Program-made: the position numbers and the translations under genes
Part shown: in pieces, positions 48,125 through 57,339 of the stretch
How the letters are laid out: each line of letters begins with the position of its first letter
Position numbering within the stretch: the first letter of the stretch is position 1
Source of the DNA: a bacterium
Lineage (GTDB): Bacteria > Armatimonadota > Zipacnadia > Zipacnadales > UBA11051
Reading direction: 5' to 3'
Length of the DNA stretch: 64,000 nucleotides
Assembly: GCA_030604405.1 (NCBI GenBank)
Contig: JAUVVY010000013.1
Span: forward strand, 3,267 to 67,266
Notes under the pieces: model-generated
Seen by the model: the letters and a program-made list of their open reading frames with translations, nothing else
The model's database searches: none
What the model was told of the DNA's origin: nothing

Positions 48125-51100
48125 ATGTTCCGCTTCATTTGCCCGTGTTTGCTGACAGTCTTGCTGGCAACAGCCAGTACTCATGCCGCCGCGCCGCAAC
48201 TGACCGTTCCGATGTGTGCCACGCCCCCGGTGATTGATGGCGCCCTTGCCCCCGGAGAGTGGGATTGTGCGTCGGGTCCTGGCGGTTTCAGTCTGGTCGG
48301 TGGCAAACTGCTGGCTCCTGACCAGCCGGAGGTCTATGTCACCCACGATAAGGACAATTTGTATGTGGCGGCTCGCCTGCCACTGCCGAAGGGCCGCCAG
48401 CCCAAGATGGCGGTTACGCAGCGTGACGGGCCGGTCTGGGAAGATGACGCCTTCGAGGTATTCCTGGACCCGTCGGCAAAGCGCGGATCCTATTATCAGC
48501 TCATTGTCAATGCGGGCGGCACACAGTGGGACGCGGTCAAGAAGAGCGGGTCGTGGAACGCCGAATGGACTGCCAAGACACACGTGGGGGAGATGGGTTG
48601 GGTCCTTGAAGAGGCCGTACCCTTTGCCTCGCTCAGGGTCTCAACGCCAAGGGACGGCGAATCGTGGGCCGTCAACTTCGCCTGGGACCGGTTCACTCCG
48701 TGGGGGTTCATCGGCACTTGGGCCCCGATGTCCAGCAACCTGCATGACCCGGGCCGTTTCGGCACTCTGGTCTTCTCGTCAAAAGCGCCCCCGGTGGCGC
48801 TTTTCGGTCCCTATATGAAGTCGGGCGGTGGCCTGCAGATGCATGGCAGATGGGGCCCAAGCGGCGGCGTATTGCAGGCAGAATTGAATTTGAGCCGCTC
48901 GCACGGCGGCAAGACTGAGAATATCGGTGCGGTCAAACAGACGGGCGGACAGACGCGGGAGGACTTCGGGCTGGAGGTCAAGCTCCCCCAGGAACAGGGC
49001 TTCAATGCGCCGGGGGACTATCAGTTGACGGCACAGGTGAAGAATGGCGATCAGATAGTCTGGTCAACGGAGGTGACCGCGACCGTGAAGGGGCCTCTAG
49101 ATGTGGAGGTTGAGAAGTATTGGCTCGCAGGCAAGCTAATAATCCATCTCAATGCTTCGGGATTGACCCGCACACCGCAGCAACTTGGCGCTGCGGTGAA
49201 GCTGCTGGATGACGCAGGCAACACCGCCGCCGAGATCACCGTTGAGAAGTTTCCACCCAATGGGAAAGCGGATCTCACATTCGATGCTGCGGAATTGAAG
49301 CCTGGCAACTACAACCTGCAAGCGGAGGCCTACAGTGCAGACAAACAGGCGCTTTATGCTGCGACCGTGGCTCTGGAGAAGCCCGCACGACCCGCATGGC
49401 TGGGCAGCAAGGCGGGCATCAGCGATGAGGTTCTGCCGCCATGGACGCCGCTGAAGGTCTCAGGTAACCAGGTCATGTCCTGGGGCCGCACCTATGCCTT
49501 CGGCCGCCTGCCCTTCCCGTCTTCTGTCATCACCAGGGACACGGAAGTGCTGGCCGGGCCGATTACTCTCAGCGGCTCCGTTGATGGCAAGAAGCTGGCC
49601 TGGAGCGGCACAGATTGCCTGGTGGCCGAGGCCAAACCGCACCTGGTGCGACTGGCCGGCAGTGCCGAGGCCGGCGGTCTTACCTGCGAGGGCACGGTCA
49701 GCCTCGAATACGACGGAATGATCCGGTCGGACTTCAGGCTCATCCCCGACGGCGAAGTGCACCTGGACGCCTTGGCCCTGGAGATCCCCATCAAGCCGGA
49801 GTACGCGAAGTACCTATACCACTGGCCTGGGAGGTGGGGCAGTGCCTATAACGCCGGCGCTCTGCCCGAGGACGGCTATCACGGGCCCTTTAAGCCGATC
49901 TTCTGGCTTGGTGATGAGTGGCGCGGCTTCTGTTGGTTCTCGGAATCCGACCGCAACTTCTTCAATGAGGAGGATGCCAATGTAGTTGACATCGGCCGCC
50001 AGGGAGATGTGGTAATGCTACGGGTCAATATCATTGGCAAGCCGCAGACTATCAGCCGGCCCCTGGACTATACCTTCGGCTTTCAGGCCACGCCGGTCAA
50101 GCCGATGTCTCCGGACGTGTGGGACTACCGCATAATGCATGCCGGCAATTACGGCATCGAGGAGCGCCCGTTCTTCAGGCCCGCCACTATTTCTTATCCC
50201 GCCGAGGGGCACCTGGACCTCGAACGTGGCACCTTCGAATGTTGGATCAGACCACATTTTGACCCCGATCCCGACTTTGATCCCAATGACCCGAAGCGCG
50301 CGGCGCTCAATCGCAGTCTGCTGGATATCGAACTGGGCAATGATTGCCACGTCGGCTTCTACTGGAACATAGACGACCGCGGCATGCGACTTTACTATAA
50401 GCAGGGGACAAGTTATCCGCTGCTGCTGACCACACATCCGAAGTGGCAGGCCGGGCAGTGGCACCACGTCGCCTTCACCTGGGGCGAGGCGACCTGCGTG
50501 TACCTGGATGGTGAGAAAGTGGCGGAACGCACCTTTGAGGGCCTCCTGCCGGGCGACCCGCCGAACGCCAAGATAACCCTGGGCAAGAGGCCGTGCGAGA
50601 TGGATATTGATGAGCTGCGTTTCTCCTCGGTCGCGCGGGAGAGCTTCGACCTGGGCGAGCCGCCGCAGGCCGATGATACCACGCTGCTGTTAGACCACCT
50701 CGACGAAGACTTCGTGCCTGATGGTAGGAAGAAAACCTCCCCTGCCAGGGGCGATGGAGGCACTGTCACTGGCGGCATCTTCGGTGAGGGCAAGTTCGGC
50801 CAGGCCCTGGCTCTGCGCGACGCCGGTCTGAAGAGGACTTACCTGGACTATCTATCCGAATGTGGCGTGCGTACCATCTGCTTCCACGAGCACTGGACAG
50901 ATATCCAGTCCTATCCCGCCACCACCCACACCGAGCAGTTGCACAAGCTGGTCAAGGGCTGCCATGACAAGAACATCCAGCTTCTGCTCTACCACGGGTA
51001 CTTGATGAGCAACATCGCTCCTGAGTGGGATAACTACCATGAGGAATGTCTGGTCTATCCGCGCCGTGGCGAGTACTCCCGCAAACCGGAGCAGAAGGCG

Positions 51101-51952
51101 TACATCGTCTGCTTCCGCAGCGCCTGGCAGGACTTCATAGCAGATGGCCTGGACAAGCAGATGACCGAATTCGGCACCGACGGGGTCTATCTCGACGGCA
51201 CCTCGGAGCCGTGGGGCTGCAAGAACCTGCACCACGGCTGCGGCTACGTCAAGTCGGATGGCACGATCGGGACAACCTACTCGTTTTTCGCCACGCGCGC
51301 GATGATGAAGCGCATCTACACGATCGTCAAGCAGCACAATCCTGATGGACAGGTCAACGTCCACCAGTCCACCTGCATGACCATCCCCACCCTGGCCTTC
51401 GCTACCAGCTACTGGGACGGCGAGCAGTTCGGCGCCATTGAGCGTGGGCCGTACGCGCTGGAGGTGTTGCCCCTCGAGGCCTTTCGCTGCGAGTTCATGG
51501 GGCACAACTGGGGTGTACCGGCGGAGTTCCTCTGCTACAACCGCCCCTACACCTATCACGAAGCCATGGCCTTCACACTCCTGCATGATGTCCTGGTGCG
51601 TCAGAACCTCGCAGAGCAGACCAAGCTGTGGTCGGCAATGGAACAGTTCGGGCGCAAGCAGGCCACCTGGCTGCCGTATTGGGAGAACCAGCGATATGTC
51701 CGCACCAACTCCCCGGATGTCAAGGTGAGCATATACAACCGCCCGGGACAGGGCTTCGTGGCGGTGATAAGCAACCTGGGCGCCGGCGAGCGGACAGCCC
51801 GCGTCAGCTTCGATCTGGCGCGACTGCAGCAGTCCGGCGATCTGATCGCGTATGACATCCTCCACGACGAGGAGATCCCCGTGAAAGGCGGACGGCTGAC
51901 AGTACCGCTGCAGTCGCTGGACTATGTGGTAGTGTGGCTGAGGGCCGGCTAG
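48125..51952 (+). CDS. Secreted DUF6067 (GH123-like) glycoside hydrolase with N-terminal CBM9-like and internal LamG domains
   Basis: AGGAGG RBS; signal peptide; PPVIDG..EW..VWEDDAFEVFLDP, PPWTPL, EYDGMIR, FGFQATPVKP, GQWHHVAFTW (LamG), DGVYLDG and WDGEQ motifs. Confidence 0.82.
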   Translation: MFRFICPCLLTVLLATASTHAAAPQLTVPMCATPPVIDGALAPGEWDCASGPGGFSLVGGKLLAPDQPEVYVTHDKDNLYVAARLPLPKGRQPKMAVTQRDGPVWEDDAFEVFLDPSAKRGSYYQLIVNAGGTQWDAVKKSGSWNAEWTAKTHVGEMGWVLEEAVPFASLRVSTPRDGESWAVNFAWDRFTPWGFIGTWAPMSSNLHDPGRFGTLVFSSKAPPVALFGPYMKSGGGLQMHGRWGPSGGVLQAELNLSRSHGGKTENIGAVKQTGGQTREDFGLEVKLPQEQGFNAPGDYQLTAQVKNGDQIVWSTEVTATVKGPLDVEVEKYWLAGKLIIHLNASGLTRTPQQLGAAVKLLDDAGNTAAEITVEKFPPNGKADLTFDAAELKPGNYNLQAEAYSADKQALYAATVALEKPARPAWLGSKAGISDEVLPPWTPLKVSGNQVMSWGRTYAFGRLPFPSSVITRDTEVLAGPITLSGSVDGKKLAWSGTDCLVAEAKPHLVRLAGSAEAGGLTCEGTVSLEYDGMIRSDFRLIPDGEVHLDALALEIPIKPEYAKYLYHWPGRWGSAYNAGALPEDGYHGPFKPIFWLGDEWRGFCWFSESDRNFFNEEDANVVDIGRQGDVVMLRVNIIGKPQTISRPLDYTFGFQATPVKPMSPDVWDYRIMHAGNYGIEERPFFRPATISYPAEGHLDLERGTFECWIRPHFDPDPDFDPNDPKRAALNRSLLDIELGNDCHVGFYWNIDDRGMRLYYKQGTSYPLLLTTHPKWQAGQWHHVAFTWGEATCVYLDGEKVAERTFEGLLPGDPPNAKITLGKRPCEMDIDELRFSSVARESFDLGEPPQADDTTLLLDHLDEDFVPDGRKKTSPARGDGGTVTGGIFGEGKFGQALALRDAGLKRTYLDYLSECGVRTICFHEHWTDIQSYPATTHTEQLHKLVKGCHDKNIQLLLYHGYLMSNIAPEWDNYHEECLVYPRRGEYSRKPEQKAYIVCFRSAWQDFIADGLDKQMTEFGTDGVYLDGTSEPWGCKNLHHGCGYVKSDGTIGTTYSFFATRAMMKRIYTIVKQHNPDGQVNVHQSTCMTIPTLAFATSYWDGEQFGAIERGPYALEVLPLEAFRCEFMGHNWGVPAEFLCYNRPYTYHEAMAFTLLHDVLVRQNLAEQTKLWSAMEQFGRKQATWLPYWENQRYVRTNSPDVKVSIYNRPGQGFVAVISNLGAGERTARVSFDLARLQQSGDLIAYDILHDEEIPVKGGRLTVPLQSLDYVVVWLRAG

Positions 51953-51976
51953 GTACGAAAAGTCCTAACCTATCGA

Positions 51977-52762
51977 CTAGCGCCGCTGCGGCCGCAGTGT
52001 GTATATTACGAAGGCGAACGGGATCACGGCCGCCGCTGTGATCAGCATCAGCACCAGTGCCAACCCCCAGACCCCGAACAGCCTCCTGGCGGTAGGCAGC
52101 AGCCAGTCGGCGGCTGTTGTCAGCATGTGGTCGAGGCTCGCGGCGTGTTGGGAGCTAACTAGCATCAAGATGAGCCCCAGCGTAATTCCGCCGAGCGCGG
52201 GGATGGCGTATCGCAGGTCGGTCGGACTTGGCGAAATCTCGGCGCCGATAGTCAGCGCCGCGTAAAGGAATACGTAAGTCTGCCACTGGTGCCAGTCCAG
52301 GCTGCCCAGCAGCAGTAGGAATTGGTCAGCCACGGCGCGAAACATACTTATGTCCGCGGTCGGCTCGCCGGCCTGATGGTCAATAATACCAAATGCCCGG
52401 CCTACGCCCACCAGCGCCATGGTGCCTACTACCAGTGGCATGAGCGCCGCCGCACCGTCGGCAAGCCACGGGAAGGTGATAGGCGACCACGGCTTGCCGC
52501 GAATACAAGCCCCGGCCTTCTTCGGGTCGAACACGCAGAATATCACGTGCCGCACTCTGTACCCGAACAGCAGATAGCCCAGGGCATGGCTGGTTTCGTG
52601 AATGATGTTTCCGGGCATTCGCAGCAGCGTTACCACGCCGCCGCCCTTGCGGTCGGCGAAGGCCGACACCATGGCCTGGAAAAGCAGTCGGGAAAGCAGC
52701 ATCAATAACAAAGCCTGCGCCACCAGGGCAGGCAGATACTTGAAGCCGGGATGCAGATCCAT
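51977..52762 (-). CDS. Membrane protein with HExxH motif (M50-like metallopeptidase)
   Basis: PGNIIHETSHALG; multiple TM helices; SPSPTDL motif. Confidence 0.75.
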   Translation of the reverse strand: MDLHPGFKYLPALVAQALLLMLLSRLLFQAMVSAFADRKGGGVVTLLRMPGNIIHETSHALGYLLFGYRVRHVIFCVFDPKKAGACIRGKPWSPITFPWLADGAAALMPLVVGTMALVGVGRAFGIIDHQAGEPTADISMFRAVADQFLLLLGSLDWHQWQTYVFLYAALTIGAEISPSPTDLRYAIPALGGITLGLILMLVSSQHAASLDHMLTTAADWLLPTARRLFGVWGLALVLMLITAAAVIPFAFVIYTLRPQRR

Positions 52763-52771
52763 AACCCGCCT

Positions 52772-52800
52772 ATTATAGCAAAAACCATTGTCCAACCCAA
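52772..52800 (-). promoter_or_regulatory. Extended -10 promoter, probably giving a leaderless transcript of 51977..52762
   Basis: Minus strand TTGGGT-17 nt-TATAAT with TGn extension, 9 nt before ATG 52762; no RBS. Confidence 0.55.
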
Positions 52801-52818
52801 TCACAAGGAGAGACACGG

Positions 52819-53754
52819 ATGAAAGTGACAATTGTGGGCGCGGGTAATGTCGGCGCCACCTGTGCTCAGAGAATCGTTGAATCCGATATGGCCGATGTCT
52901 ATCTGGTAGATGTCATTGAGGGCCTGGGCATGGGCAAGGCGCTCGATATTGCGGAGGCCGCCCCGGTCGTCGGCCACAGTCGCCACATCGAGGGCGGTCA
53001 GGACTACGCGCCCGCCGCTGGCTCAGACATTGTCATCTTGACCGCCGGCAAGCCGCGCACACCAGGCATGTCGCGCGACGACCTGCTGCAGGTCAATGCG
53101 GCTATCACCACTTCCGTGGTCGAAAGCATCATGGCAGTTGCACCTGGTGCCCTGCTGCTGATGGTCGCCAATCCGCTGGATGTCACCACCTATGTCGCTC
53201 AGCGGGTCTCAGGCCTGCCCCGCGAGCGCGTCATCGGCATGGCCGGGGTGCTGGATAGCTCCCGTTTCCGCGCCTTCATCGCTATGGAGCTAGGCTGCTG
53301 TCCGTCCGAAGTCACTGCCATGGTGCTGGGCGGTCACGGGGATTCGATGGTGCCGCTGCCCAGGCACAGCGCTGTCTCGGGCATTCCGGTCACGCAACTG
53401 ATCCCGGCTGGCCGGCTTGAGGCCATCGTCGAGCGCACCCGCAAAGCTGGTGGTGAGATCGTGAGCTATCTCAAGACCGGCAGTGCTTTCTACGCGCCCT
53501 CGGCGGCTATTGCTCAGATGGTCGGCTCGATACTGCGCGACGAGAAGCGCATTCTTGCGACCTGCGTCAAGCTCGAGGGCGAATATGGCATTGATGATGT
53601 CTTCCTCGGCGTGCCTGCTGTGCTCGGCGCTAGTGGCATGGAGCAGGTTGTCGAGGTGGAACTCAGCGATGAAGAGCGCGCCGCGCTGCACGCATCGGCG
53701 GACCATGTGCGCGAGACAATTGCGCAATGGCAGAAACTGCAGCAGGAAAGTTGA
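52819..53754 (+). CDS. mdh: Malate dehydrogenase (LDH-like MDH)
   Basis: GAGNVG, AGKPRTPGMSRDDLL (Arg specificity residue), NPLD, LDSSRF, GGHGD and KTGSAFYAP motifs. Confidence 0.95.
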   Translation: MKVTIVGAGNVGATCAQRIVESDMADVYLVDVIEGLGMGKALDIAEAAPVVGHSRHIEGGQDYAPAAGSDIVILTAGKPRTPGMSRDDLLQVNAAITTSVVESIMAVAPGALLLMVANPLDVTTYVAQRVSGLPRERVIGMAGVLDSSRFRAFIAMELGCCPSEVTAMVLGGHGDSMVPLPRHSAVSGIPVTQLIPAGRLEAIVERTRKAGGEIVSYLKTGSAFYAPSAAIAQMVGSILRDEKRILATCVKLEGEYGIDDVFLGVPAVLGASGMEQVVEVELSDEERAALHASADHVRETIAQWQKLQQES

Positions 53755-53923
53755 GCCCTGGCCGCGCCCGTGCAGCTTGGGCTTCCAGCCCGAGATAATT
53801 TCTTGCATATCAGTAGGAAACCGCGGCCGTGTCGCGAAGAAGTAAAATGGAAAAGCCCACACGCCGCGCGGTTGATGCTTTTCTCGGGTCACTGACAGGG
53901 GCTATAAGCGAGATTGAACTGCA

Positions 53924-54763
53924 ATGCGAGAAATAGATTGCCAGATTATCACTGATACCGTTTATGACCTGGTGCTGAAGGCCAGCTACATCCTGCCGGG
54001 CCCGGTGCTGGAGGCTCTTCAAGATGCGCTTACTCAGGAGACCGACGTGGCCCGTACCGTCATGGAAACGCTGGTCGAGAATGCCCGCATTGCTGCCACG
54101 ACAAAGATACCACTGTGCCAGGATTGCGGGCTGGTCGTCGTCTTCGCGGAGATCGGCCGCGACTGCCATCTGAGCGGCGACCTGTATGCGGCCATCAATG
54201 AGGGTGTCGCACGGGCTTACGAGGATGGCTATCTGCGCAAATCGGTGCTGGCCGATCCACTGCGCCGCGACAGCAACACCGGGGATAACACTCCGGCGGT
54301 GGTGCACCTCACTTTGACCGACGGCGATCGGGTCAACCTGCACCTGGCTCCCAAGGGCGGCGGCAGCGAGAACATGAGCGTGGTGGACATGCTGGTGCCT
54401 GCCGTTGGGCGTCAGGGCGTCATTGACTGCGTGGTGGAGCAGGTGGTTGCCGGCGGCGGCAAGCCCTGCCCGCCGCTGGTGCTTGGGGTGGGCCTGGGCG
54501 GCACCATGGACAAAGCGGCCGTTCTGTCCAAATGGGCCATCATGCGCTCTCTGGGCGAGCCGAGCCCCGATCCCGAGACAGCCGAGCTTGAGCGCGACAT
54601 CCTGGCGGCGGTGAATGCCACCGGCGTCGGGCCGATGGGACTCGGCGGGAGGACTACTGCGCTCGCGGTGCATGTGGAGAAATACCCGTGCCACATCGCC
54701 AGTTTGCCGTTGGCCATCAACCTGCAGTGCCACGCCGCCCGCCACCAGCAGGCGACGATATAG
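53924..54763 (+). CDS. Fe-S fumarate hydratase / tartrate dehydratase alpha subunit
   Basis: PLCQDCG, NTGDNTPA, PKGGGSEN, PCPP, GPMGLGG, PCHIASLP and CHAAR motifs. Confidence 0.93.
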   Translation: MREIDCQIITDTVYDLVLKASYILPGPVLEALQDALTQETDVARTVMETLVENARIAATTKIPLCQDCGLVVVFAEIGRDCHLSGDLYAAINEGVARAYEDGYLRKSVLADPLRRDSNTGDNTPAVVHLTLTDGDRVNLHLAPKGGGSENMSVVDMLVPAVGRQGVIDCVVEQVVAGGGKPCPPLVLGVGLGGTMDKAAVLSKWAIMRSLGEPSPDPETAELERDILAAVNATGVGPMGLGGRTTALAVHVEKYPCHIASLPLAINLQCHAARHQQATI

Positions 54764-54806
54764 GATAGATTGACACGACTGCCAAGAAAGATTTGGAGTG
54801 ATTTGC

Positions 54807-55049
54807 ATGGACAAGCAGGAGCTATTGAAACGGATTACTATGAATCCTGATGTCATGCTTGGCAAGCCAACGATTCGCGGCATGAGGATTACGGTCGAGC
54901 AGATAATCGAGGCTCTCGCAGGCGGTATCACTGTGCAGGGGCTGTTGAGCGATTACCCTCAGTTGGAGACCGAAGATATTCTCGCCGCTTTGGCGTACGC
55001 AAGTGAGCTAGTCAGCGAAGAGCGTGTATTTCCGGTGCAGGGATCATGA
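54807..55049 (+). CDS. DUF433 antitoxin-like protein
   Basis: RITMNPDVMLGKPTIRGMRITVEQI..DYPQLETEDILAALAYA. Confidence 0.92.
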   Translation: MDKQELLKRITMNPDVMLGKPTIRGMRITVEQIIEALAGGITVQGLLSDYPQLETEDILAALAYASELVSEERVFPVQGS

Positions 55050-55426
55050 GCAAACTCAGCTTCCTGGTAGATGTTGGGGTGGGCAGGGCAGTGGAAGAGG
55101 CCCTGAAAGAGCTAGGTCACAATGTCATCTCCGTAGCCGACATCAACCCCGGCATGGCGGATGCTGACATACTCGCACTTGCCAGGCACAAGGGCTGTAT
55201 TGTCGTAACTATGGATGGCGATTTCGGAGAGTATGTCTATCATCAACATGAAAGCCACCAAGGTGTCCTTCTGCTGCGCCTGGGAGATGCCACAGGACCC
55301 GAGAAGGCCGAGGTCGTTTCGGCAATAGTAGAGGAACACTGGCACAGACTTCCTGAGGCACTCGCTGTATATCACAATGCCCGGCTTCGCATCAGGGGAG
55401 GCAAGAATAGCTCACCACCTCACTGA
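55046..55426 (+). CDS. DUF5615 PIN-like toxin protein
   Basis: FLVDVGV..LKELGHNV..ADADILALA..IVVTMDGDFGE; ATGA overlap with DUF433. Confidence 0.9.
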   Translation: MSKLSFLVDVGVGRAVEEALKELGHNVISVADINPGMADADILALARHKGCIVVTMDGDFGEYVYHQHESHQGVLLLRLGDATGPEKAEVVSAIVEEHWHRLPEALAVYHNARLRIRGGKNSSPPH

Positions 55427-55440
55427 GCAATGGAAAGCCT

Positions 55441-55983
55441 ATGACTACACAACTGACAACGCCGATGGACAAGCAGGCTCTGGCCGAATTGCGGGCCGGT
55501 GATGAGGTCGAGATTACAGGCACCGTCTATACCGCGCGCGACGCCGCACACGTGAAGCTCTTTGAGCTTCTTGATACCGGCCAGGCGCTGCCGTTCGAAC
55601 TTGAGGGGCAAGTGATTTACTATTGTGGGCCGGCGCCCACGCCGCCCGGGAAGGCCATCGGCTCGGCGGGGCCGACCACTGCCTACCGCATGGATGCCTT
55701 TGCCCCGAGGTTGTACGCCCTGGGGCTAGCCGCCACCATCGGCAAGGGCGACCGGAGCATGTCAGTACGGGAAGCATGCAAGGAATTTGGCGCAGTTTAC
55801 CTCGTAGCCGTCGGCGGTGCAGGCGCGCTGCTTGCGGAGCGGGTCACGGCTGCCGAGGTGATTGCCTATCCGGAGCTGGGCCCGGAGGCTATTGCGCGCC
55901 TGACTGTTGAAGCGTTTCCCGCCATTGTTGGATACGACACCGCAGGCAACAGCGTTTTCCCAGCGGACGCACAGCATCCGTGA
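55441..55983 (+). CDS. Fe-S fumarate hydratase / tartrate dehydratase beta subunit
   Basis: LRAGDEVEITGTVYTARDAAH, YYCGPAP, GPTTAYRMD, IGKG and YPELGPEA motifs. Confidence 0.93.
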   Translation: MTTQLTTPMDKQALAELRAGDEVEITGTVYTARDAAHVKLFELLDTGQALPFELEGQVIYYCGPAPTPPGKAIGSAGPTTAYRMDAFAPRLYALGLAATIGKGDRSMSVREACKEFGAVYLVAVGGAGALLAERVTAAEVIAYPELGPEAIARLTVEAFPAIVGYDTAGNSVFPADAQHP

Positions 55984-56011
55984 GGATGAATCCATGTAAC
56001 GGTTGTGAGAG

Positions 56012-57331
56012 ATGCTTCGCAGACCGGTTTCAAATCTGTTGTACGATCTGGCACGTCTGGCGTTCGCCGTCGGCACCTGGGGGGCAGGCACAGCGGCACG
56101 GCTGCTGCGGTTGAGTGTGGCTGTGTGGCCCGACCATCCGCGTGCCGCCGCGTGGCTTATGTACGTCGAGGCCTTGCGGGCGATGCGTCACGGCGATTGC
56201 GAAGCGGCGATCGCTCTGCTGAAGGAGGCGGCCGCCAGGCTGCCCGATGCGGTTGTGATCCGGGCTAATCTCGGTATCGCCTACGCTCTTGAGGGTGCTT
56301 ACGATGACGCCATCTACAACATCGAGGCGGTGTTCAAGGAGGGCTGGTCACCGGCGCGCGCCGGTGACCTGTGGGCCATCTTGGTATGGTCGTATTTGCG
56401 AACCGGCCGCCTGCCCAGAGCCAAGGACACCTGCGAACGGGCTGCCGAGCACAACGTTGACACGCCCAGATTGCTGTTGCTGCGCGCAGTGGTGGCTGGT
56501 GTGCAAGGCGGAGCGGTGCCGACGGAAGAGATTAGTCGGCTGCTGCGCGTGACGCCGACGAGCGCCCCCATGGTTCTCGAATATGCCCAATACTTGGCCG
56601 CAAGGGGCAAACATGAATTGGCTTGCCAACTGATTGAGAGTCTCCCGCCCGAGTCCTGGGGCCAGGGCTACCGTGTTGTGGCATATTCGGCGCTTAACGC
56701 GGGTGATATGGGCACGGCGTCATGGGCTGCGGCCCGCTGCGAGGAGGCGGGGGACGATGCGGCAGCGGTGGCAATGTTGCGCTCGGAGATCGCGCTGAGC
56801 CAGCGGCACGCTGAAGAGGCTCTGAGCCATGCACGCCGGGCACTGGAAAGCAGTGGAAACAGTGCGGAGGCCCACGAACAGTTGGGCAAGGCGCTGCTGT
56901 CGTGCGGCGACTGGGCAGAGGCCGTGGCGCAGATGATCGAGGCGCTCCACACCGGTAAGGGCTCTGCCCTGGCGGCCGGGCTAGCGGCTCTGGCCTCGAT
57001 CAATGCTGGCGATTTCGCGACGGCTCGCGGTCTGTTTACGGGTCGGCGCACCGGCGACGGGCTGGGGGTGGCGTGTGCTCATGTCGCCCAGTGTCGCATT
57101 ATGCAGCATGAGGAGAACTACGAAGAGGCCCTGAAGCTGGCTTCCTGGGCTCTGGATGAGATCGAGCATCTCCACGCCTGGCTCGCCCTGGAGCCGCTCA
57201 TTGAACGCCTTACTGATGAACTCAGCTTCGCTCTCGGCCAGATTAGCTCCGCCGACAACAGCGACGAACTTGCCGATCTGCAACGCCGCGTAGCCCACAT
57301 CAGAGCCCATTGGTTGAGCGCCTCACAGTAG
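56012..57331 (+). CDS. Tetratricopeptide repeat protein
   Basis: Ala/Leu-rich helical repeats such as ANLGIAYALEGAYDDAI and AHEQLGKALLSCGDWAEAV. Confidence 0.75.
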   Translation: MLRRPVSNLLYDLARLAFAVGTWGAGTAARLLRLSVAVWPDHPRAAAWLMYVEALRAMRHGDCEAAIALLKEAAARLPDAVVIRANLGIAYALEGAYDDAIYNIEAVFKEGWSPARAGDLWAILVWSYLRTGRLPRAKDTCERAAEHNVDTPRLLLLRAVVAGVQGGAVPTEEISRLLRVTPTSAPMVLEYAQYLAARGKHELACQLIESLPPESWGQGYRVVAYSALNAGDMGTASWAAARCEEAGDDAAAVAMLRSEIALSQRHAEEALSHARRALESSGNSAEAHEQLGKALLSCGDWAEAVAQMIEALHTGKGSALAAGLAALASINAGDFATARGLFTGRRTGDGLGVACAHVAQCRIMQHEENYEEALKLASWALDEIEHLHAWLALEPLIERLTDELSFALGQISSADNSDELADLQRRVAHIRAHWLSASQ

Positions 57332-57339
57332 CAGGCCGG

